From NCBI GenBank assembly GCA_964187785.1, contig OZ076409.1:81780001-81844000 (forward strand): a stretch of DNA of 64,000 bases, in the 5' to 3' direction. Position numbers and translations under genes: made by a program. This DNA comes from Amphiscolops sp. MND2022 (lineage: Eukaryota). Below, piece after piece: positions 12,301 through 23,100 of this stretch. The first letter of the stretch is position 1, and each line of letters begins with the position of its first letter. The notes beneath the pieces were generated by a model. The model saw only the letters and a list, made by a program, of their open reading frames with translations. It had not been told where the DNA came from and made no database searches.

Positions 12301-13482
12301 TGGCTTCCATGCTTATATGGAACTATGTCAACTAGTGTATTGTCTGTTGTCACGGAGTCGTCGTATTTCGTCGCTGCCGAATATCAATGCATGGGAAGAG
12401 TATATGGACGTGTCCAAGTTGTGTCAGTATGACGAGATACCAACAGCCGAATTCTTGCAAAACAATGATTTCGGTGCTATGCTGCGTGAATTTAAAGGGA
12501 GTGAAGGTCGTGACTTTCAAGATCGTTGTCGCGGATTTATCGACCGTTTTGTGGAACTGGTCTTGGCACAACTGACAGCGTCGTCTGAATTTATAGTGGC
12601 TTGTATTGCTTCTGCCCCGAACTCCTGTTGGAAGGTGGTGACAAGCTTGTGTTTGACTTGTTTAACCGATTGGCTCGACGTTTGGAGCGTTGTGGGGTTA
12701 TTTCGGACGTAGAGTGCAAGTCAGCTGTTGAAGAGTTCCGTACATTTGTTGTGGACGTCCGAGGTCGTCATGCCGCCAGTGATGAGGTCGCTGAGAACAT
12801 CCCTGATGTCGTCTCTTATCTGCTGGGAGACTACTCATTTTTGGCACGCAAAAACCTGTGCCGAGTGTTTGAATTGTGCTGTCTAGTTGTCCTGAAGCCT
12901 CGGCAGAAGCACCCTGACGTGGACATTGACCTTTCAGGTTGTGCTGTGCCGTGTCGGACTGTTACTTCATGTATTCGTGGGGTGCAGAGTTGTGTTTTGT
13001 CATCAAATTACAAGCAGAAAGCCTTCTTTACGAAGCATACGATGGATAGCGTCCGAAATGCTATAAATGGGGCTCAGGACTTCATGAACTTGGCTTCCTA
13101 TGACCCTTGGGTGCGTATCTGCTGCGGTTGTCAGGAGTCATTTGTTGCACGATATCTGGAGTTGTTTAATACCTTCCTTAGTCGTAAGAAGGGGGAATCG
13201 CATTCTGCTCTGCGTCATGCCAATAAGCGGGAGCGAAAAATGCTAGCAGCTGAGGGGGGCGAAGTGTCAACTGTGTCATGTTCGGAGAGTCCTTCATCAT
13301 CTGTTGTGGGTTCTTCTGTCGCTACAACTCCTGAGAAGGCACATTTATATAGCAGTGTTGGCTCATTATTGGGTCGAAAGAAGAACACTGGAGCTGAGTC
13401 GAAGCGAGCTGCTGGTTCGTCTAAAGTGCCTGCGAAGAGGGCCACTCGGAAGAGTTGTGATGCCGCAACAAAGAAACAATAG
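9356..13482 (+). pseudogene. Antisense multi-exon accessory gene(s) of Gypsy A: zinc finger + hAT-transposase-like body, with stops/frameshifts
   Basis: Phase-compatible GT-AG introns at 10430-10614, 11211-11359, 11981-12109 and 12192-~12257/12263; further donors at 9480 and 10093. FCMICHRDVS..FSRHFFGKRH finger. Exon 1 and its donor are conserved in copy C. Confidence 0.7.
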
Positions 13483-13730
13483 AATTTGCCTTTGTTGATT
13501 TGTAAACTGTTTGTTGATTCTTTGTATGATTTCTTTGCGTATCGGGCGTTTTTGTTATTTTGTTCTTATCAGTTTATCAGATATCATTCTCCTGATTAAA
13601 ATTAGTTTGTTTTGGAGAATCAAAAAAAATTGACGATCGAAGGAGGAAAAAGAATGGCCATAGTATGCCATGAATTGAAAATAGTCACATCGGTTCGGTC
13701 TGGACTCCTGATGTTTGCTTTTCTATTGAG

Positions 13731-16700
13731 TCATAGTGATAGCGTCAAGTCTTCTGAAGTCAGGATTAGCGTTAGGTTTAGGGTTAGGTCGTAAATTAAA
13801 TTTTGCTGTTTTCCTCGGATTATATCCGACAACTGTAGGCGGTGATTTCGGGGGAATAGGTGGACTTTCAATGGGTGGGGGCGGCATATATATGGGTTAT
13901 CCCCTACGTCAGTGGTGAGATTTGGAAAATCCGGAGACGTCAGTGCCACGTCATGTGTGTCGTCATTTTGATTGTCTGATAATTGTTGCGTTATCGTGTC
14001 GTCATCCGTGTTCGTCACGTCTTGTGTGATTATTTGCTGATTGTTTTCTGCACTTCTTGTCGCTTCGTGTTCGTCTATTTGTTTGCCAAAATCCATTTCC
14101 CACGATACAGCGTACCATTCATTGTGCGACATTTTGACGTCCGGATCTGGAAGATATTCGTTTGTCCGTACTGTGATGTCAGGCAGTCGTTGTTCTGGCA
14201 TGTAAGGACGTATTCTAATCCGATGTAGCGTTTGTGTGTATCTCGTGCCGATTTTCCGGATCGTATAGTTGTTATTTGAAAGTACTTTTATCACTACATA
14301 CGGTCCTGTCCAAATGCAGTCTTGGAATGCAAATTTTGTCGATTGGCTGTCGGCTTTCGGGTTGAGTATGTAGCAATAATCGTTTTTTTTCAGTGGGGCT
14401 GCAGACGCTTTGCGGTCATAGTACTTTTTGTATTTGAGATAAAACAACATAATATTGTCCTTTGCCGTCGCACTTCGTCGATTTGTTTTTGTAGTTGTTC
14501 GGCTAGGTCGGAATTAGGTGAAATTTTCCATTTTGGTCTGATTCCCAATTTTAGGTCCAGTATATTGTACGGTATTCGTCCATGGAATACTGTGGAAGAA
14601 TGGCAGCCTAGCGTTTTATGGTAGGTTGTATTATAGTTCATCACTGCAATTTGGACATATTTATGCCACATTGAGCGTCGTTCGCCCGTCGATATTTTCA
14701 GTGCCGTTTTGATTGAGGCGTGAGTTCTCTCCAATATTCTGATTGTTTGGGCGTGTTTAGTGGAAGCATGACTGATTTGTATTTCCAGTATTTGCACTAT
14801 TACTGCAACAATTTCTCATCGGAATTGAGGGCCTTTATCCGATAGGATTAATGTCGGCAGATATGCGTGCCTTGTCATGACATCGACAATGCATCGGCCA
14901 ATCGTCCTCGCTGTGGCGTTCTGTGTTGGATAGGCGAATAGATATCGGGAAAACAAGTCTACCATTGTGACGATATTCTGGTATCTCGCAGAGTTTGGTA
15001 GGTTAGGTAGTATGTCAATCTCTAGGATGTCTTCTGGTCCTAGGACGTGTTCTGTGTTGTTGATCATTTTTGGTTTGATTTGGGCGTTACTGATTCGTTT
15101 ATATCTGATGCAGTCTTCACATTGTTGTACCCATTGTTTGATGCGTTTCGCTAGTCCTGGGTAGTAGTATTTAGATCTACACTCTTGGATCAATTTTGTG
15201 ATTCCTGGGTGTTTTCCCATTTGTCCGTGGATTGCTTTCAGAAGTTCTGTGATCAAGTGTTCAGGGATGAGTCTTTGGTGGTGCGTAACTTGGCCACATT
15301 CACCGTAATAGTTACGCATTAGGATGCCATCTTTGACCATTAGTCTGCTTTCGTGGACTAGAAGACCTTTGGCTGTCGGGTCAGTTTGTAGTAGATGTTT
15401 GTCGTATTCTTCGCAAATCAGTTTCCTTTCGATTGCCTTGAAGACTAAGTTTGAATCTTGTTCGACTCTAATGCGTGCATCTTCTTTAATTGCGCCAAAG
15501 GTATATGAAGCTTTGTTTATTGGTATTGGGATGGTTTCTTGGATGGCCATTTTTATTTTCGCCGGCGCTTCATCGTGCGCGTTTTGTCTAGCTTGTTCTT
15601 TTCGTAGAAGGATTTCCTCTTCAGTTTCGATGGTCTCATCGGGAAGGAAGAATAGTTGTTCCTCATCTGCGACGTTTGTCGATTGGAGAATGGCTTGTAT
15701 CGGTCGTATTGTGATGTCATCGCGGATCTTCAGTTCGACTCGTTCCTTGGGGTTGAGGTCAATTCTTGAGAGGAGGTCTGCCGCAGTATTTTGCGTTCCT
15801 GCTACGTGCATGATATGGAAATTGAATTGTAGGACGTAGTCGCATGCGTTCCATAGTGTGGGTGGAATCGCTTTTGTTTGAAAAAATTTTGTTACTGATC
15901 TGTTGTCTGTCATCACTAGGGTCGGAAGGGTTGCTTCCTATAGGATGTGACTGTATTTTAGGAAGGCATGATAAATTGCCAAGAATTCTTTGCAATAGAT
16001 GGACATTTTTGGTTGGGCTGGTGAGAATACTTTCGAGCCAAATGCGACTGGTGCGAAGGTTTTCTTTTTTGAGTTGAGTTTTCTATCGTTCTCTTCTTCG
16101 ATCATTAGCGAGAATGCTGACATTGCTGAGGCAGGAAAACTAGCGTCCGTCATTAGGACGTATTGTCGTCCTGTGATTGGTTGTTTGAGAGTCAATCCAC
16201 ATGCCTCTGCCAGCGCTGCGTTGATCGCCTTGTAATTGTCTAGCAATTCCTCTGTAACCTTGATTTGTTTGTCTGCTTTGAGTGGTTCGTAGAAACCGAG
16301 TAGCTTTTCTGACAAGCGTGGAATATAGTTGCGGTAGTAGTTGACAAAGCCTATATATCTTTGTACTTGTTTCTTTGATTTCGGTAATCGTACATTTGCT
16401 AGGAATTTCTGGATTTTGTGGTCTTGAGGGGCGATTCCTTGTGGGGTAATTGTTCTTCCAATGAATTGGACTTCAGTCACTCCGAAGTGGCATTTGTCGA
16501 TGGCTAGTTTGAGTCCTGCTTGTCTGATGCATTCGAAGACAGCTCGGATGTTCCGTATCAGTTGCGTCACGGAGTTGGCGGCTATTCCAATGTCGTCCAC
16601 ATATTGCGCGCACTGGTCAGCCTTGATTACTTTGTCCAAATATTCTCTCATGAAACTAGAGAATGCTGACATTGCTCTGCTCAGTCCTTGTGCCAGGCGT

Positions 16701-17056
16701 TTATATGCAAGCGTTCTGCTCGCGAAGTTGAATGCCAGCATTTCGATTGACCTCTGGTCGGCCATTTGCAGACAGTGATATGCTTGAGAGCAATCTAATT
16801 TACAGAACAACCTTTTCCCAGCTAGGTGTTGAGCTGCGTCTGACAGGGTGCTGACTGGGTGGTTGTTGTTGATGTAATCGTCAAATATCAGTGCGTTGAT
16901 GTTTCGCAGGTCGACCAGTAAACGTAGTTTACCGTTTGGTTTGCGTTGTGCAAAAATCGGGCTGGCATATTTTGAAAATGGTAATGTCGTGATTATGCCA
17001 TACCTATGCATGAGTGCCAGTTCGACTGTTAGGTCTTCCTTGAGGTTGATCGGCAC
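13731..17056 (-). pseudogene. pol: Gypsy pol (RT, RNase H, integrase, GPY/F), disrupted
   Basis: RT KLDCSQAY and QYVDD; RNase H LMTDAS, KEFLAI, TDNRS; IN HHCC (HGQMGKHPG..CEDC), EIDILP, SDKGPQF, ERTH; WTGPY. Stops at 15938 and 14816, plus frameshifts. Confidence 0.95.
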
Positions 17057-17061
17057 TGGCA

Positions 17062-18081
17062 GTGAAGTACTATATCGTTATAGGGTTTGTCCTCGAGGTA
17101 TGCGCGGTTTAGTATTTTCTCGACATGGTCGGGCATTTTGGCGTATATAGCCTTGTCTATGAATTGCTGCGCCTCTGTTCCAAAAGCTTCTTTTGCAGTT
17201 TTCTGGAGTACATCCAGGAATTCGTGGAGTTTTTGTGTCGAGGGATCAAATTTTAGCGCGTCCCATTCACATCTAGCCTTTTCCATTGACAGGTAGTCCC
17301 CAAATCGTCGTTTGAATGTCGTCATGATCTCGTCTAGTGAGTCTTTCTTCGAGTCTTCAATGTTGCAAAAGGCTTGTAAGGCGTCTCCCCGGAGCAGGGA
17401 GTGGAAGTAGTTTATCTTTCGTAATTCTGTAAGGTGCGGATACATTTTGATATTGTTCCTAAAGAGATCTTCAAAGAGCTAGAATTTTTCGGATTTCCCG
17501 TCAAAAGTTGGAAGTGACGCCGTTAGAGCTTTTGGCATGGGTAGCATCGTGGTGCTGTTTTTGTCTGGGGCGAACAAAGTTCGCGCTACTGCTGGGAGTT
17601 CTTTTGACAGAGGTTGGCTTTGAGATCGAATCTTCGTTCTCTTGGGTTGATTGGTGAAGTCGTTTAAAACTCCTGTCACCATGTTACGAATTATGTTAGG
17701 ATCTTCGTTTTGGGTAGAATTAATTCGCACTGTTTTCGTTGGAGTATAGAAACTTCTTGTTTCACTCTCTAGTTCTTCTGATACATGATCTCTCATGTTT
17801 TCTCTCGTTTCAGGTCTCAAGAGTTTCAACATTTCTTTTTGTGACTCGAGCAAAAGAGTCTTAATCTCGGACGTTATTTCTTCCTTCAAAGAAGACCTTA
17901 TACTTTCCAAGAGACTATTTTCTACTCTGGGGGACTTGGGTCTCGAAGGACCTGCTAATTCTACGTTTTGATCTAAAGGATGAGAATTTTCCATGTTTAT
18001 TGGTGAAACAAAGCCTTCACTTACATTATCATCAGCTTCTAGCTGAGCGTTCTTTCTCTTTTGGATTCTTGTTGTAGACAT
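17062..18081 (-). pseudogene. gag: Gypsy gag (starts in LTR; C-terminus deleted)
   Basis: MSTTRIQKRK...LPTFDGKSEKF then MYPHLTELRKINYFHSLLRGDAL (retrotransposon gag-like); frameshift near 17475; fused to RT at ~17062. Confidence 0.85.
17667..17681 (-). other. Primer binding site of Gypsy A
   Basis: TGGTGACAGGAG immediately follows the LTR end TAACA on the minus strand; the cognate tRNA was not identified. Confidence 0.75.
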
Positions 18082-19394
18082 GTTGTTGAAGAAAGATTTG
18101 TTCTTGAAGAATTCAATTTTTACTTTCTGATTTTCAACAGGGTTAGAGGAATAAGAATAGTTTGAGAACAGCAAGTTTGAAGCAACTAAGTTGTAGCACT
18201 AGCAAAGGACTGAGTCCCTTAGGAAAATTTGCATTCCTATATATACCCTCCTAGCATCATTTGATCACGTACATATTCCCAAATTCTTCAAAATGATTAG
18301 TCATTTCCTGTTTTTTCGGTGAAAAAATCATTAAACTCCCAAAAGTGCGTCGACATTTCGTCAAGTTTTGCGACACGATGTTCTACATTTAGTATTAGTC
18401 ATCACACATATTCATATCATTTCATTCCGGCGTCCTTTTGCTTCCTCCCGAGCAGGAAGTAGATATTACTTCAGTCTGTCAATCCGGAAATAATTCCCTG
18501 TTTTGCTGCTTCGGTTCGCGGGAAATTGACGCTGAGATGACGCTGACGTGCACAATTAATACCTGATTTTGAATTTCAACTTGATAAAAATGCAATGACT
18601 AATTCCAGATTAGGGTTATTTAATCGATGCTAGGGGAATATTTCGGAAGATTAATACAAGTCTTCGAATAAAATTAGCATTCATGAATTTCCAACAAAGT
18701 AAGGAATAAAACAAATACAAAACTTGGTTTGTCGCACCAATTGCGTCACATTTTACAAAACCAATAGTATAACAACAATTAGCACTTTCACAACTATAAT
18801 TCCGTCATCAGCACAACCCATTAGGGGAACTTAGATAAGAAAACGATTGCATCAACAATTATCATGTACATATTTGCCAAATCGAAAGTAAAGGTACAAA
18901 CTTATGGAAATACATTTCTGGGTACAAAATGTTTTTTACCCGTACTGAACATGAGTATAAACTGTGACCTTTGCCTAACTTCTTGTGAAATCCCATTTAA
19001 AAGATATCCGGATAGGTTTTCTTCTATTGTCAAAAAATTCATGACGACTAGTTAACGCACTAACTGGATTTTACACTACACTTATATCAGACGCGTTTTA
19101 AGTGTGGGATTTCAGATAGGTTAACACTGACGAAACTTTTGCATTGCGGATTAAGAAAGACCGTCATCATTTTCTTTATGAAGCTGCGAAATAAACATGA
19201 GGATAAAATCGGTTATTTTGACAGGTTTACCTATTTCCAACTAATTTCATAAACTTGTCGTCGTCACTGAGACGCATTTTCTTGGCAATACCAAACTCTG
19301 CCAAGTTTGCCGCATCGCTGACGAAGATCTCTAGACAAGTTAATAGCTAGTTACTAGTAAGTTACTAGTATTGTGACGTCACGCTGGCGGTAAA
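17682..19394 (-). repeat. 5' LTR of Gypsy A (upstream part deleted)
   Basis: Repeat of 6108-7605; TATATATA at ~18238-18245 upstream of the gag ATG; joins Copia sequence abruptly at 19394. Confidence 0.9.
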
Positions 19395-19905
19395 CCAGTG
19401 ATGCTTCGTCTATCGTCCTTGCAAAAGGCATATTCTGAATCCGTGTTACCATTTAGGCCTGTATAATCGCACTTCATGAAAGTGATGCCCACGTCAGCTG
19501 TGCCTCTGAGGTAGCGTAACCCGTGCTTCGCTGCTTGCCAGTGAGCAAATCCAGGGTTGCTATGAAATCGAGAAAATAGGTGGGCCGGGAATGCCAGGTC
19601 AGGTCGAGTGGACAGTGAGAGGTAAGCAATGCTACTCACTAGTTCTCTGTAGTCTTGTCTCATCGTTTGTTGTTGCTCATCCGATCTGTCTTCTGGCATC
19701 TAATCCTTCGTCAACTCCAGCATGTCTGCGAGTGGTGTTGAAGCTGCATTGCACTCGCCCATACCGTGTTTGCGAAGTAGGTTGCTCACATACCCCTGAT
19801 GCTTCATTGTCAGCGATCGTCAACCCACTTCAAGGAAATTCCCAAGAACCACCTCAGAGAACCGCTTTCGCCAATGTTGAACCGCTCACTCATCTTGCCA
19901 TCTTG
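19395..19905 (-). pseudogene. Copia element 1, RT C-terminus / RNase H start
   Basis: MSERFNIGESGSLRWFLGI, YRELVSSIAYLSLSTRPDLAF, TDSEYAFCKDDRRSITG. Confidence 0.85.
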
Positions 19906-20196
19906 TCATCGCTTATCAACATGGGAACATAAGCGGCCCCAAGGAGCCGCGAGGCACTAGAGGACATAGGGACATATCCGAGGCACGTTTTATACTTCGC
20001 ATCATTCCTACATTATTGGTCTCATTGTTTTTCTTCAGTTCCAGAATTCTACAAACAGGTATTCTACAAAATTGACCTATGTCAAAATGAGACCATGATC
20101 CAGTTTGTAGAAATAATTCTACAAACTGGACCTCACTTTTTTACCAACTGAGTTTTACAAACTGGTTTTCAACAAACTGGTTCCAGGCCCCTGACA

Positions 20197-23100
20197 TCGC
20201 CGCTTGGCTGAAAGTTTTTTCGCATGCTGTATCGTCTTGTGTCTGCCGTATCCTTCTGTGAAGAAGGTCGCCATGAGGTCAGCTGATAAGACAAACTTCA
20301 AGTGAATTCTGTGTTCGCTGCACTTGATTCCGCCACTTCCGTAGCTGAAACAGTATCCAGTCACGCTTTTGCGATTGTCCTTGCAGCTCGCGTAGTCCGC
20401 GTGTGAGTACCCTGTCAAGTGTGCCTCGCAGTTCCGCCAGTATGTGATGCCCACGTCTTCAGTGCCTCTGAGGTACCGCAACACGTCTTTCGCTGTCTGC
20501 CAGTGAATCAGACTAGGGTTTGTTGAGGAACCTCGACAAGAGATGAGCTGCAAATGCCAGGTCAGGTCTCGTCGTCATTGCCAGGTAGGAGATGCTTCCC
20601 ACTACTCCTCGGTAGTCGCATCCAGGAATGTTAGACGCATCCTCTGAGCCGTCGTCCGGCTGGTCGTCTTTGCTGAGTGCACATTTTTCTGATGAGGGAG
20701 TTGAAGCGATCTGGCAGCTGTGCATTCCGAATTTCGTCAGCAAATTTGTTATGTACAGCTTGTGGCTCATGCTCTGCTTTGAACGCAATGCTCAGGAACC
20801 ACGCAAGTGGGCCGAAGTCACCAATTGTGAACTGTTTGCCAACCTCTGCCTACAACCATCGTCCATAATCCTCGTCGGTTGAACCCTAGTCGATATCGTC
20901 AACCCACACCAAAGCCCTGCAATGACGGTGGCCCCTCTTTTGTGTCCATAGACACTTGTCGTGCTGCGAAGAGTGAAACTGCAGCTGCTGCATTCGATGC
21001 GCTAGGCACACGTACCAATTGCGCTCTGACTGGTTGAGACCGTACAACGATTTCTTCAGTTTACACACCATGTCGCCGTTGCCCTGCTTGAACCCTTCTG
21101 CTCCAGAAAAATCTTTTCGTCGATGGGTGCATTGAGGTATGCTGTCTTTGTGTCCATTTGCTGGAACTTGATGCCCTGTCTCACACCGCACGCAAGCACT
21201 GTCCTCAATGTTGACACTCTGACCTATGGTGTGTACGTCTCGTGGTAGTCTAAACCAGGTGTCTGCGTGAAGCTCCGCGCCACAAAACGTCACCTGTACT
21301 TTGTCACTGTGCCGTCCTCGTTGACTTTCAGGGCAAAGTGCCACTTCCCAGTGATCCGCTGTCGCTCCGTTGGCCATGAAACCAGCGACCACACCTCTTT
21401 ATCATTAAAAATCGTGCTCTCGCTTCATCGCTGCTTTCCAGTTAGGGTCAGCAAGAGCCTCGGATGCGCACCCTGGGACCGTCGATGCCACTAAGCCTCG
21501 CTGCGTAGCGCCAGGTTCTCGAGCTCGTCCCCCATCACGAAGTCATCGAGTCGTCGAGGCTGTCTGACATTCCCTCGCTGTCGTCCAGGTTCGCTCCTCT
21601 GCGGCTGTGTGTTGTCGTCCAGTATTTGGAATTGTTTCGTCGGCTACTTTTGCTTACTCAACATCTGGTGAACCCTTCACATCATGTAGACCCAGTGTCA
21701 TAAAGGAATGTCGTCTCCACGCATCTATCGTGAGTTATGTATTTTTCGACTGATGTAACGGCTCCTGGGAAGCAGTCCATGTTGAACGTCACGTTCCTTG
21801 ATGTCCACATCTTGCTCGGTTTTCGCTCCGGAGTTCCATCTTCAGTACACACACTGAAACGCTTGCTCCTGCTCGAGTAGCCCAGAAAGATCCCCGCCGG
21901 GGCACTGCTGTCCAGTTTCTTCCTGTCCTCGGTGAGTACAAACGCTCGACGTCCAAAAGGTTTCACCTCACTCAGGTTTGGCCTCTCGCCAAAGATTAGT
22001 TCTTACGGCATACTGTTGTGCGCTGAGTGGAAACATCTGTCTTTGACAAAGAGTATTGTAGCCAAAGCATAAGGCCAGATTTGTTTTGACAGACCCACCG
22101 TCTCGAGCATGCACCTTGCCAATCCTTTGATAGTGCCCCATAAGCGCTCGATTTTGCCATTCTCCTGTGGAGTGTAAGGCGATGAGTACTCCTGCTGAAT
22201 GCCATTCTTGCGTTACACCTCGTTGAAACCCCGTGATTTGTACTCTTGTGCCCCGTCTGAGACAAGTGTTCCACGTGAGCCCACATCCGCAATGAAGAGT
22301 TCCAGCTTCTCAATGACCTCGTCTCGTGTCCTAATTGGGTACATGACAGCATATCGGGAGTGGCTGTCAATGAACCCGATTGCATATCGGAAACCCTCGT
22401 ATGACTCCTGATGTATTGGCCCCAGCACATCAGTGTTAACAATGTCCAGCTTCTTCTTCGCTCTGGTACCCGATGGTCACAAAAGCACGCTTGGCTTTTT
22501 CTTCCGCGCATGTGTCACAATGCCGCTCTGCTGCTCCGCCCCTCCGTATGTGCATGCCATCGACTAGCTTCGATACCCGTGCCATGTAAATGAAGTTGTT
22601 GTGTCCCAGTGCCCTGTGCCACTGCACAAGGATTCTGCTTCGGGCTGCATGGTTGCCCAACCAGGGTGACAATCCCTTGCGCTCTCCACTTCCATGTGCA
22701 TTTTCTGGGAGACGTTCCATTGGGAGTGCACATAGTCCAAAGTTACACACAAAAGGAAGAACACGAAGAGTGTATAGTTCATCCCTGGTACAAACCAAAG
22801 GAAGGCGGGTCCCGTCTTGTGTCCTGATGTTGCTTTCTTCCCGAAGCTGACCATTGCACCCTGCTGGACTAGCTTCTTCACTGAAATCAGGTTGCGGGTG
22901 TAGGTGGGTACCCAGAAGGCCAGCTTCAGCTCGAGTTCACACATCCTGCCCTTGCTGTCCAGCAACCCAGAGCGTGCTGTGCCTCTACCTTCCACTCGTG
23001 TTTGACTCCGGTTGGCCTTGCCCACATCGGTGTTGAATGCCTCATTGAGGTCTTTGAAGAGAGCCCTGTCCCTCACCCTGAACCCGTCGAAACACGAGTC

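Larger units (their letters stand above)
6108..19394 (-). mobile_element. Ty3/Gypsy LTR retrotransposon copy A with accessory genes (degenerate)
   Basis: Direct repeats 6108-7605 and 17682-19394; PBS at 17681; order gag-RT-RNaseH-IN; extra genes at 8144-13482. Confidence 0.92.
4838..20189. mobile_element. Inner copy of the GG..CC DNA element, with nested insertions
   Basis: Starts GGAATTAGGTCGTTTGTAGAA and ends CAAACTGGTTCCAGGCC. Exact 7-bp TSD CCTGACA at 4831-4837 and 20190-20196. Confidence 0.75.

Noticed and set aside
9356..13482. env gene or DIRS tyrosine recombinase
   Set aside because: Antisense and spliced. The hydrophobic stretches fall in T-rich introns, no R-H-R-Y motif was seen, and the element has a DDE integrase.
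9356..13482. Independent hAT transposon inserted into copy A
   Set aside because: No TIRs or 8-bp TSD seen, and the gene occupies the same position in divergent copies B and C.
14967..17296. Plus-strand ORFs overlapping pol/gag
   Set aside because: Antisense shadows of the minus-strand coding frame.
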